NCBI GenBank assembly: GCA_964581355.1
Contig: CAZOOA010000004.1
Span: 17,591-81,590 of the forward strand
DNA: 64,000 nt
Reading direction: 5' to 3'
Source of the DNA: an uncultured Desulfovibrionaceae bacterium
GTDB lineage: Bacteria > Bacillota > Dethiobacteria > DTU022 > UBA8154
This document shows, one piece after another, positions 26,262 through 34,546 of this stretch (position 1 is its first letter; each line of letters begins with the position of its first letter). The translations under genes and the position numbers were made by a program. The notes under the pieces are model-generated. The model had not been told where the DNA came from and searched no databases. It worked only from the letters and a program-made list of their open reading frames with translations.

Positions 26262-27665
26262 CTAAGTCTCTTTTTTTATTTCAGGTGAATTTTTTTCTTC
26301 AGAGGTATTGACCTGTAAAAGACCAAAGGTGATGTCATCCGGAGTATGAAGGGAATGTTCATTGAAGTAATAAAAGTCTTCTTTGATCTCCTGGACAATC
26401 AGATGCGGAGGCAGATAGGCGTTTTCAAAGAATATATTTTCCAGCCGCCCGCTGTACAGTTCACCCTGGTTATTTAATTCTGGCAAACCATCGGTACTGA
26501 ATAGTATGGTTGCTCCTGGCGCAAGCCGGATCCTTTTGACCTGAAAATTATTCAACTCCGGGTTTATGGCCGTCAAAATGGGGAGGCCTTTACTGGAGAG
26601 CTTTATCCTCTCACCGTCAGCAAATTGAACCAGGGGAGAGGTCTGAAAGCCTGCACCGGAATAAGCCAACACCATGGTTTCCAGGTTAAGTACAGCCACA
26701 AAGATGCAGATCATGTATTCTTCCGGGAATCTTTCCCGACGGTACTGCCGGTCCAGGTGGTGTAAAACTTTCCCGGGACATAAATCCTCCGGCTTCAAGC
26801 TGGCATAACTGTCAATGGCCTCCTTGACAAACACACTCAGCATGGCTCCATCCAGTCCATGCCCCATGACATCGGAAAAGTAAATAACCAGCTTGTCCCC
26901 TTCTTTGATAAAATTGTAGGAATCGCCGCCGAGCATGGTAGCTGGTTGATAATAGGTGGCGATAGAAAGCCCTTCAATCGATGGAATACTTGCAGGTAAG
27001 GTCCGTTCATGGATCGATTTAGCCTTTTTTACTTCTTCTTCCAGTTGGTGGTAGAGGTGCTCCAGTTTACGGTTATAGGCCGCGTTCTTTTCTTCTGCTT
27101 GTTTTTGTGCATCAATATTAATCAGGTTCATAATGAGTTTTCTTCCATCTTCGTCTTGCTTCCCCTGTTCTTCCCCTTTTAGTATCCGGGCTTCCATCCG
27201 GACATGGACAGGTGCTCCATTCTGGACGAAAAGTCTTGCCTCCAGCCTTTTCCCTTCTGGTTGCTTAAAAAGGGCGCGATAACGGGCAAGAAACAGCGCC
27301 CGATCAGCTTCTATTAAAAATTGGGAGAAGCCTTTCCCTTTTATAGAAGTGATCTTCTGGCCAATCATGGTGCAGAAAGTTTCGTTAGCGTCAAGAACCA
27401 TGCCCTCTGAGTTCAAAAGAAGGTACCCCACAGGCGCCTGGTGAAAAAAACTGGAAAAGCGGTCCCGGGAAAGGATCAATTCTTTTTGGATTTGCTTGAG
27501 GTCTTCATTTTGTATTTCCAGCTCTGCCTGGTAAACCTGCAGATCATGGATGAGCTGAGCCATATCCTGGTTATGTATTATATCAGGGACAAAGCAGCCT
27601 GTGCCAATCAGGTCTTCTGCCCTGCGGCGCAGCTGTTCAGCTTCATTTTTCTTGCTATCTTTCAT
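26262..27665 (-). CDS. PAS-PP2C (SpoIIE/RsbU-like) serine phosphatase
   Basis: The ATG at 27665 has a GAAGGGGGG SD. The ORF-track TTG at 27695 overlaps the upstream stop. The PP2C region reads YQPATMLGGDSYNF...YFSDVMGHGLDGAMLS. There is no kinase domain. Confidence 0.8.
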   Translation of the reverse strand: MKDSKKNEAEQLRRRAEDLIGTGCFVPDIIHNQDMAQLIHDLQVYQAELEIQNEDLKQIQKELILSRDRFSSFFHQAPVGYLLLNSEGMVLDANETFCTMIGQKITSIKGKGFSQFLIEADRALFLARYRALFKQPEGKRLEARLFVQNGAPVHVRMEARILKGEEQGKQDEDGRKLIMNLINIDAQKQAEEKNAAYNRKLEHLYHQLEEEVKKAKSIHERTLPASIPSIEGLSIATYYQPATMLGGDSYNFIKEGDKLVIYFSDVMGHGLDGAMLSVFVKEAIDSYASLKPEDLCPGKVLHHLDRQYRRERFPEEYMICIFVAVLNLETMVLAYSGAGFQTSPLVQFADGERIKLSSKGLPILTAINPELNNFQVKRIRLAPGATILFSTDGLPELNNQGELYSGRLENIFFENAYLPPHLIVQEIKEDFYYFNEHSLHTPDDITFGLLQVNTSEEKNSPEIKKET

Positions 27666-27691
27666 AAAGGGGTCCCCCCTTCCCCTTGGTT

Positions 27692-30600
27692 TCAAGAAGA
27701 AATCACCATGATATTGCCAATAACCTTTTCCACCCGACCATCCTGCATGACAACCTCTGCCCTGGTGCGAATCCGTTTCCGTCTGCCTTCAAGGTCAGTA
27801 AAATCACACTCCAGGTCATAGGGTTCGCCTGTTTCACAGGCCTTTTTGAAGGCATCCCGGACTGCTTTCCTGTCTTCCTGATCATAACATTCCAGGCTTT
27901 TTTCTATATGTTCACCGGAACCGGGTTGAAAACTTTCAGGGTCAAAACCATGGATCCGGTATACCTGGTCCGTCCAGTACATTTCCTGTTTATCCACATT
28001 CCATTCCCACCCCCCGACTCCTGTTAAGCGTTGAGTGGTGTTCAATATGTCTGTCTCCCGCTGCAGGTCCTCTTCAATTTGTTTCCGTTCGGTGATATCA
28101 ATGGCCAGTTCAAAGCGCACGTCACGACCATCCGGCCAGCGGATCATCTGGTCCACAATCTGGTAATAGCGTCTGTTGACCGGGTTGTAGTGCTCCCACC
28201 TGTAAGGCTTGTAATGCATCTGCTTGATGACCGGGTTGGTGCAAAAATGGCAGGGTTCAGAAAAACCCTGGAGTTCTTGGTAACAAATTCCACCCACCAG
28301 ATCTTTCCCAAAAGCTTCCTGGGCGGTGGTATTGGCATAAAGGATCTGGTATGTATTGAAGTCTATCACATAAATAATATGGTCAATGCTGTTGAACATG
28401 GAAAGGAGTTGGGCATGCCTCATCTGCAGTTTTTCTTCACTTCGCTTGATCGGGCCAATGTCGGTGAAAGTTAAAACAGCCCCCGATGTCATGGAAGAAC
28501 CGCCGATATTGTACGGCATTACCCGCATGAGAAACCACCTGCCATCCAGTGTGCGGACCTCCTTTTGCCGGGACTCACCAATTTGCACAACCTCTTCAAT
28601 CAGGTAAAACGGCTCAACTCCTTCAAGCTTATGCCGTAAGTGAGCCACAGGCCGGCCCACATCCGATTCCTGGATATGAAAAATATCGCCAACCTCTGAA
28701 GTATATTTACGAATATCCAGGTTTTCATCCAGGAACAGGGTTCCAATATGGGTGGCAGCGATCAGGTTGTCCAGGTCGTTGGTTATTTCCGTTAGCTCCA
28801 TAATTTTGCTTTGATACTCGGCATTCACTGTATGCAGCTCTTCATTTACCGACTGAAGTTCTTCATTGGTACTTTGTAGTTCTTCATTGCTGGCCAACAG
28901 TTCTTCATTGGTGGCCTGAAGTTCTTCGTTGGAGGTTTCCAGTTCCTCTATGGTCGCCTGCAAGTTCTCCTTGGTAAATTGAAGCTCCTGCTCCAGGTCG
29001 TTGATCCGCTGCTCGGCTTCCTTGCTGACGTCATATTCCAGGGCCCCTTCATTTACAGATTCTTGATTGTATGTCTGGTGAGGCATTTCTTGGAAAAATA
29101 CTGCAGCCAGGGCTTCCTGTCCCTGTTTCCCGGGAAGGCGCTTTATGTTCAAGTGCAACAGACGGGACCCTTCCTGCTGGGGCAGGCGAATATTATTATA
29201 CTTAATTTCCTGGCTGTCTTGAAACACTTTTTGTAACCCTGTAGCCAGGGGAATGGCCAGTTCTTTTACCACCATCCTGGTGATGTCATTAATAATTTTT
29301 CCGGGTGGAATATATAAAATCCCTTCGGAATGACCTACAAGATGCAGAAGTTCCATCCGTTCATTTACTACGGCCGTTAAAGGGATATATTCTCCAGATA
29401 GGGACTGCAGCAGACGTTCCTGGAGGCGTTCCTCCTCTTGCACCCCCAGAGGTTGGGCACCCCGGTAAATCGCACCATAGCCCTGTCTTGTCGACGACAT
29501 ATTCGTCCCTGCCTGCTGTAACCGGGGTCCCTCAACTGGAAGACGTTTTTTGCCCAGGGAACGAAAAATTTTATACCTGTGGTGCATTATTTCAAAATAC
29601 TCTTCCATCTCTCCCGGCGTTTCGCTTTCACCCAGCAACAAGATGCCTTTTTGCTTCAGAGAAAAATTGAACGATGTCATTACTTTTTGCTGCAATACCG
29701 GTTGCAGGTAGATTAACAGGTTGCGACAGCTTACCAGGTCAATATTTGTGAAAGGTGGGTCTTTGACCAGGTTGTGCTGGGCAAAAACCACCATCTCCCG
29801 GACAAACCTCTGCACCTGGTAATGCTCGCCTTTATGGAGAAAATACTTGGTTAAAAAACCGGGTGGCAGGTCTGCGGCAATACTTTCCGGGTAAAGACCG
29901 TTTCCTGCAAATAGCAGGGCATCCTTATCAATATCTGTGGCAAATATTTTAATATTAATAGGCTGCTTGATGCGATCCATGCATTCCCTGGCCAGGATGG
30001 CCAGGGTGTAAGCTTCTTCTCCCGTGGAACACCCGGCAACCCAGAAGCGGATTTCCCGGTCTGCCGTACCACGCAGCAATTCAGGCAGAAATGTGTTACA
30101 CAGCTCTTCAAATACTTCCTTATCCCGGAAAAAGCTTGTAACCCCGATAAGCAGCTCACGGTATAATGTTGTCACTTCGCCCGGGCGCTCTTCCAGCATC
30201 CTAACATACTGGTCCAGTTCATTAACCTGGTTCACAGTCATCCTGCGCTCAATGCGCCTGGATATTGTACTTTCTTTATAGAGGGAAAAATCAACCTTGG
30301 TCTGCTCCCGCAAAAGAGCAAATAATCGCGCCAGGATGTCTTCGTTGGTAAACAGTTGCCGGGCCTCGCTGTTTCTGACCATGGGGCGCCTGGAAAACGA
30401 TAAAAGCCTGGAAGGCATCTCATGGGGTGGCAGGACCACATCGGCAAGCCCGGTCGAAATTGCGGCCCGGGGCATTCCGTCGAACTTGGAAGACTCTTCG
30501 CTTTGAACCATAATCATCCCACCGGCTTCCTTGACGGCACGGAGACCCCGCACACCATCGCTTCCTGTCCCGGAAAGAATGACGGCTACAGCTTTTTCTG

Positions 30601-30997
30601 CCTGATCATCAGCAAGAGAGCGCAAAAAAACATCGATGGGCAGGTTCACACTTCTTCTGGGATCGATTTCTTTCAAAAAAAGCTTGCCCTGGAAAATGGC
30701 GAGCTGCTTTCTGGGAGGAATAAGGTAAAGGGTGTCTGGCTCTACCAGCATACCTTCTTCAGCCCGCAGCACCGTCATCGATGTCCGTTTGGCCAACAAC
30801 TCTACCATCATACTTTTGTAATCCGGGGACAAGTGCTGCACGATAACAAAAGCCAGGCCGCTGCTGGGAGGCATATGTGAGAAAAAACTGTCCAGGGCTT
30901 CAAGGCCTCCCGCAGAAGCACCAATCCCTACGTAAAAAAGAGGTCTGCTTTGCTCCAAATCTGCTTTAGTGCCCTCGTTTTTTTGATTATCCATCAT
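27692..30997 (-). CDS. CheB methylesterase-CheR methyltransferase fusion with a coiled-coil and PAS sensor domains (1101 aa)
   Basis: The N-terminal CheB catalytic domain reads GASAGGLEAL...VQHLSP. The CheR SAM-methyltransferase reads FFRDKEVF...VAGCSTGEEAYTLAI. The coiled-coil has heptad repeats NEELQATNEEL. At least three PAS domains follow. Confidence 0.85.
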   Translation of the reverse strand: MMDNQKNEGTKADLEQSRPLFYVGIGASAGGLEALDSFFSHMPPSSGLAFVIVQHLSPDYKSMMVELLAKRTSMTVLRAEEGMLVEPDTLYLIPPRKQLAIFQGKLFLKEIDPRRSVNLPIDVFLRSLADDQAEKAVAVILSGTGSDGVRGLRAVKEAGGMIMVQSEESSKFDGMPRAAISTGLADVVLPPHEMPSRLLSFSRRPMVRNSEARQLFTNEDILARLFALLREQTKVDFSLYKESTISRRIERRMTVNQVNELDQYVRMLEERPGEVTTLYRELLIGVTSFFRDKEVFEELCNTFLPELLRGTADREIRFWVAGCSTGEEAYTLAILARECMDRIKQPINIKIFATDIDKDALLFAGNGLYPESIAADLPPGFLTKYFLHKGEHYQVQRFVREMVVFAQHNLVKDPPFTNIDLVSCRNLLIYLQPVLQQKVMTSFNFSLKQKGILLLGESETPGEMEEYFEIMHHRYKIFRSLGKKRLPVEGPRLQQAGTNMSSTRQGYGAIYRGAQPLGVQEEERLQERLLQSLSGEYIPLTAVVNERMELLHLVGHSEGILYIPPGKIINDITRMVVKELAIPLATGLQKVFQDSQEIKYNNIRLPQQEGSRLLHLNIKRLPGKQGQEALAAVFFQEMPHQTYNQESVNEGALEYDVSKEAEQRINDLEQELQFTKENLQATIEELETSNEELQATNEELLASNEELQSTNEELQSVNEELHTVNAEYQSKIMELTEITNDLDNLIAATHIGTLFLDENLDIRKYTSEVGDIFHIQESDVGRPVAHLRHKLEGVEPFYLIEEVVQIGESRQKEVRTLDGRWFLMRVMPYNIGGSSMTSGAVLTFTDIGPIKRSEEKLQMRHAQLLSMFNSIDHIIYVIDFNTYQILYANTTAQEAFGKDLVGGICYQELQGFSEPCHFCTNPVIKQMHYKPYRWEHYNPVNRRYYQIVDQMIRWPDGRDVRFELAIDITERKQIEEDLQRETDILNTTQRLTGVGGWEWNVDKQEMYWTDQVYRIHGFDPESFQPGSGEHIEKSLECYDQEDRKAVRDAFKKACETGEPYDLECDFTDLEGRRKRIRTRAEVVMQDGRVEKVIGNIMVISS

Positions 30998-31204
30998 AAT
31001 CCATCTCCCCCACTCGTTGCAGGTAATCCTATTAAGATGATGTGTAAAAATGTATTATTGAAAAGCAATTGGCAATTAATAATTTATGCAAAATAGTTCT
31101 ACATTTACCTGCAAACTCCTGCAGTTCTATAAAAAAAATAAATAAGGCCTGTTGCTTATGATCATTAATTTTACCACTGCTTTGGTAATTACTCAGCGCT
31201 ATTT

Positions 31205-31392
31205 GTAAGCGAAGTTGCGGGGACGGTTCTCGCGCTTTCCCTGTCGGTCCTCCGCTGCGCTCCGGAAGCGCGAGAACCGTCCCTTTGCTTCCCGTCCCCC
31301 TGCTTTCAGTTTCCACAATTTCCACATCCTTCCCAATGCCCCCCACTGCTGCTACGGCTAGTTATCAACAACATGGTTTTTTTAAGCATACC
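31205..31392. repeat. Structured palindromic intergenic repeat, copy B (core GCGCTTTCCCTG)
   Basis: A perfect 18-bp stem reads GGGACGGTTCTCGCGCTT / AAGCGCGAGAACCGTCCC. The same 3' module as copy A is present (GTTATCAACAACATGGTTTTTTTAAGCATACC). It carries an insertion of about 50 bp relative to copy A. Confidence 0.7.
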
Positions 31393-31424
31393 AGTTACCT
31401 GCTGTGTTAACTTGTTTTGGGCTC

Positions 31425-31469
31425 AATAATAAGAAAAGCGACAGGTTTTGTTCTGACACCACTGTCGCT
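31425..31469 (-). terminator. Terminator for the transglutaminase-like gene
   Basis: AGCGACAG-N17-CTGTCGCT is followed on the minus strand by UUUCUUAUUAUU. Confidence 0.5.
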
Positions 31470-31480
31470 TATTCTGGTAC

Positions 31481-31510
31481 AGGTTCAGGTTCAGGTTCAG
31501 GTTCAGGTTC
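31481..31510. repeat. Hexanucleotide microsatellite (AGGTTC)5
   Basis: Five perfect tandem copies plus a partial one lie in the 3' UTR, between the stop at 31532 and the terminator. Confidence 0.9.
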
Positions 31511-31531
31511 AATGATTAGTAATCGCACTTG

Positions 31532-32608
31532 CTAACGACCAACCAGGCTTTCATTCCAGGTAACGCCTAACCGGCCTCCATGAAAAGAGACTTTTATCGA
31601 TTGATCCATGTAATTTTGGGCAATATACCCCTCACTGTCAAAAACATGGAAATAATCCGGTCCATTGTAGATATCCATTGTCGGATCAACAGGCAACCAT
31701 CCCCTCTCAGTGCAGTAATACTCTGCCCAACTGTGACGTAGTCCTGTTAAAGGAAACTCTTTCCCAGGGTCGAGCTGGAAGATATCTCCACTTCCTTCAG
31801 GGTCGGCATAGCCATTTACCACCCGGGCTGGAATGCCTGCAGAGCGGCTTAGAGCCACAAAAAGTGAAGCATAGTCCAAGCATACCCCCTTCCCGTGCTG
31901 AAGGGCAGAAAGCGCTCCTTTGTTCCGGTATGGCGACTCAGACTCGTAATTCATGTGCTCCAGCACGAAGGCATAGATTTTTTTCAGTTTTTCCTTTTCC
32001 TCAGAAGCATCTCCAGTTATCTTTCTAACAGCAGCCTGTACCAGGTAATGGTCACTTTCAATTTGTGGGGAAGGTTCAAGGTAAACCTGTAGATCACCGG
32101 GTTCAGTAGGCTCCTGCAGCTGATTGGCATCGGATATGCCCGAAAGAATAGTATACTGAAGGGTGATCTTTTCACTCTCTCCAGGAGACAAATGTGGAAT
32201 TTTCACTGTTAAAGCTCGTCCCCCCAAATCTCCTGGCTCAACCACTGCTGTGTGGCTAAATTGCTCGGAGAGCAAGTGCTGGTAAGGTGAATCCAGTTCA
32301 GAGAGTAAGGGTATTTCTACATTAATGTTTTCCGAGGGTTCACTGTCCTGGTTGACTATCTTTACTTCCACCTGAAGTTCCCGGGAAGAACTTTTGTTTA
32401 CCAGGGCCTTGATTTGATGATCACTTTTTAGCGGTTGAGCTGCAGCCTGTTCCAGCCGCTCTTCCATTGTTTGGCCTTGGATGGCTAAAGAATTAGCAGG
32501 AAGGTTCAATAAATCTGGCACTAACAGGCAGAAAGTTGTTACAACCAGGAAAAGAACGAAAAAAACAGGCTTGGAAAGGAAATCCTTTCTATTTTGCTTT
32601 TGTGTCAT
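31532..32608 (-). CDS. Transglutaminase-like (Cys-His-Asp) domain protein, membrane-anchored
   Basis: The ATG at 32608 has a GGAGGG SD. There is an N-terminal TM helix. The catalytic core reads GVCLDYASLF...HSWAEYY...WLPVDPT. Confidence 0.75.
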   Translation of the reverse strand: MTQKQNRKDFLSKPVFFVLFLVVTTFCLLVPDLLNLPANSLAIQGQTMEERLEQAAAQPLKSDHQIKALVNKSSSRELQVEVKIVNQDSEPSENINVEIPLLSELDSPYQHLLSEQFSHTAVVEPGDLGGRALTVKIPHLSPGESEKITLQYTILSGISDANQLQEPTEPGDLQVYLEPSPQIESDHYLVQAAVRKITGDASEEKEKLKKIYAFVLEHMNYESESPYRNKGALSALQHGKGVCLDYASLFVALSRSAGIPARVVNGYADPEGSGDIFQLDPGKEFPLTGLRHSWAEYYCTERGWLPVDPTMDIYNGPDYFHVFDSEGYIAQNYMDQSIKVSFHGGRLGVTWNESLVGR

Positions 32609-33035
32609 AGCTTGTCCCTCCAATTTGAAAGAGGGACCGACGGGCCAAAAATACCCCGACTTTCTACCGGGGCAAGGTATTACCCTGTCTTCGGCAGCCT
32701 GGCAATCATGGTCCGATAAACGGAAGTTAGATCCATGGCTTTGCGTCCCGGTCTTTCAACCGGTTTGCCCTTGTCGGTCAGGTCTTTCATTTATAATCCA
32801 AAAATAAAGCGTCTACCTGAAAAGGCAGACGCTTGTCGCAAACAATACCTGAAGAACCGGCAGCTGGCTGGCATATGCGGTTTTACCGCAACAGCCCCTT
32901 TAGCTTTGCGTCCCTACCTTTGGGTAGGTTTGCCTTTGCAGTTCATGTGCTTATATTTTATTAATCATACACTGAAATGCATATAATGTCAAGAATTTTG
33001 CTAAAATCTTTTCTTTCTCCTGTCATATTGCTGTT

Positions 33036-33509
33036 TTAAGTTCGCAAGTAGCGTTTTTTCTTATTTGTTTTGTTTTTATTTGCTGAACCTGAACTGGAGT
33101 TGTTAAGCCCCTGCAAAGTATTCTTCGTTCCTGAATAAAGGCCTACTGCTGATAAACCGGCAATTATTCCGAAAAATACTGCTTTTTCGGGTTCACCCGG
33201 TGCCAGATAATAAAAACCCGAAAAAACGCCAAGAATCAACGCGATGATAGGCGAATATTTATTAGGAACCCCTGTCCTTTTTAACAGTTCAATTATGCCC
33301 ATAATTACCGGGACAAGCGCTACTCCATAAACAGATAATTCATTCACTGCAGTCCCTCCCCCGTTCTTTTTGATTAATTTAAGTATATTTCCCTGGTTTT
33401 TTAAAAAGACCATTGCAGCAAAACAAAAAGCAGGAGAAAACCTGTGAGAAGGTTTCTCCTGCTTTTTGTTGAAGGGATTTTCATTATATACCTTTATGGT
33501 TCCGGTCAT
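33036..33509 (-). CDS. Small membrane protein (holin-like, 2-3 TM). The real start is possibly the internal Met.
   Basis: There are hydrophobic segments VYGVALVPVIMGIIELL and IIALILGVFSGFYYL, and a basic C-terminal tail. It overlaps the upstream gene by 4 nt. Confidence 0.4.
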   Translation of the reverse strand: MTGTIKVYNENPFNKKQEKPSHRFSPAFCFAAMVFLKNQGNILKLIKKNGGGTAVNELSVYGVALVPVIMGIIELLKRTGVPNKYSPIIALILGVFSGFYYLAPGEPEKAVFFGIIAGLSAVGLYSGTKNTLQGLNNSSSGSANKNKTNKKKRYLRT

Positions 33510-33802
33510 TTTTTTCTTTTTTCAGATTGCCTGGAGTCCAATTCCAAGATATGGGCCAGCAGAACAGCAACAGCTTCATAAAGGTCTGGTGGAATTTCCT
33601 GCCCCGGGTTTAGCTTGCGCAAGGCCTGGGTAAGGGATGGATTGTTTTCCACGGGGATTTCATGCTCCTCGGCAATATTGATAATGCGTTCGGCGATGCG
33701 ACCATCACCGGAAGCAACGATTACCGGAGCCCTGTCTTTCTCTCGCTTGTACCGCAGTGCTACAGCCTGTTTGATCTGCTTTTTCTCCTTCATAACCCTC
33801 AA
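33506..33802 (-). CDS. FlhB C-terminal-domain-like small protein (YlqH/EscU-C family)
   Basis: The 98-aa protein reads VALRYKREKDRAPVIVASGDGRIAERIINIAEEHEIPVENNPSLTQAL. Confidence 0.7.
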   Translation of the reverse strand: MRVMKEKKQIKQAVALRYKREKDRAPVIVASGDGRIAERIINIAEEHEIPVENNPSLTQALRKLNPGQEIPPDLYEAVAVLLAHILELDSRQSEKRKK

Positions 33803-33823
33803 CTTCCTTAGCGATATGCATGA

Positions 33824-34525
33824 TTAAACTCTTTCATCCAGGACATGGCTAACCTTAAATAAATCCCCCAGGATCTCTTTTTTTTCCACAGGAGTTATTA
33901 ATTCCCAGGGCTTAATCCTGACATTAACTTGTACTTCATGAAGCACCAGAAAAAGGATTTTTTGAATCTCATCCAGCGCCTCATGCAAATCTTTGCCCTG
34001 GTCTTCTGATTCTGCCAGTAAATGTAAATAGTAAACTCCGTGCTTCCTGGATATTCTAACAATAATTAAGCCAAAGTTTTGGGTTTCCACGGCAAAGTCA
34101 AGAACTACCACTTCTTTTGTTTCTGTTTCGGCTTTTTCTTCCTCTTGCCTTTCTTCCCTGTCTTCGTAATAACGATATAGCAAAGGATAGGGAATACCAT
34201 AAGAATTTTGTACAAGCATGTGCTGCGTGGGATAACGGCTGCCTTCCTGAATAATCGGTTCAAAAGATCGTGCCAGCACTCTATAAAAAAACTTGCCCTC
34301 TTTCATCCCTTTAAACTGGAGCATCAAGTATTCGCCTTTTTTCACAGGCACATCAATCCTGGCAGTAAATGTTTTTCCTTCCCAGCGTAATAGAGCCAGC
34401 TCAGTTTTCGCTTCTTTTACGTGGGCAACCAGCCTTTCAGGTAAATTTTGCTGCTGGCCTGATGCTTTGTCTTTCCTGATGGCATCGTTGACAAGCCAGG
34501 GTATACTGTCCCAACCAATTTTCAT
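33824..34525 (-). CDS. Hypothetical protein (233 aa), upstream partner of the FlhB-like gene
   Basis: A clean ORF. It has an acidic Glu-rich linker. No motif was recognised. Confidence 0.5.
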   Translation of the reverse strand: MKIGWDSIPWLVNDAIRKDKASGQQQNLPERLVAHVKEAKTELALLRWEGKTFTARIDVPVKKGEYLMLQFKGMKEGKFFYRVLARSFEPIIQEGSRYPTQHMLVQNSYGIPYPLLYRYYEDREERQEEEKAETETKEVVVLDFAVETQNFGLIIVRISRKHGVYYLHLLAESEDQGKDLHEALDEIQKILFLVLHEVQVNVRIKPWELITPVEKKEILGDLFKVSHVLDERV

Positions 34526-34546
34526 GCCAGTTCCCTCATTTTCAAT

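Noticed and set aside
31032-31346. 104-aa minus-strand ORF
   Set aside because: It overlaps repeat copy B. It has no SD. Its sequence is Gly/Pro/Arg-rich and driven by the palindrome.
31481-31510. A check of whether the tandem hexamers, or any other repeats, form a CRISPR array
   Set aside because: The units are 6 bp with no spacers. No repeat-spacer architecture and no cas genes occur anywhere in the window.
33036-34525. Possible prophage remnant (holin-like protein)
   Set aside because: There is no integrase, terminase, capsid or lysin gene. The holin-like call rests only on size and TM topology. The neighbouring FlhB-C-like and acidic proteins are not phage-typical.
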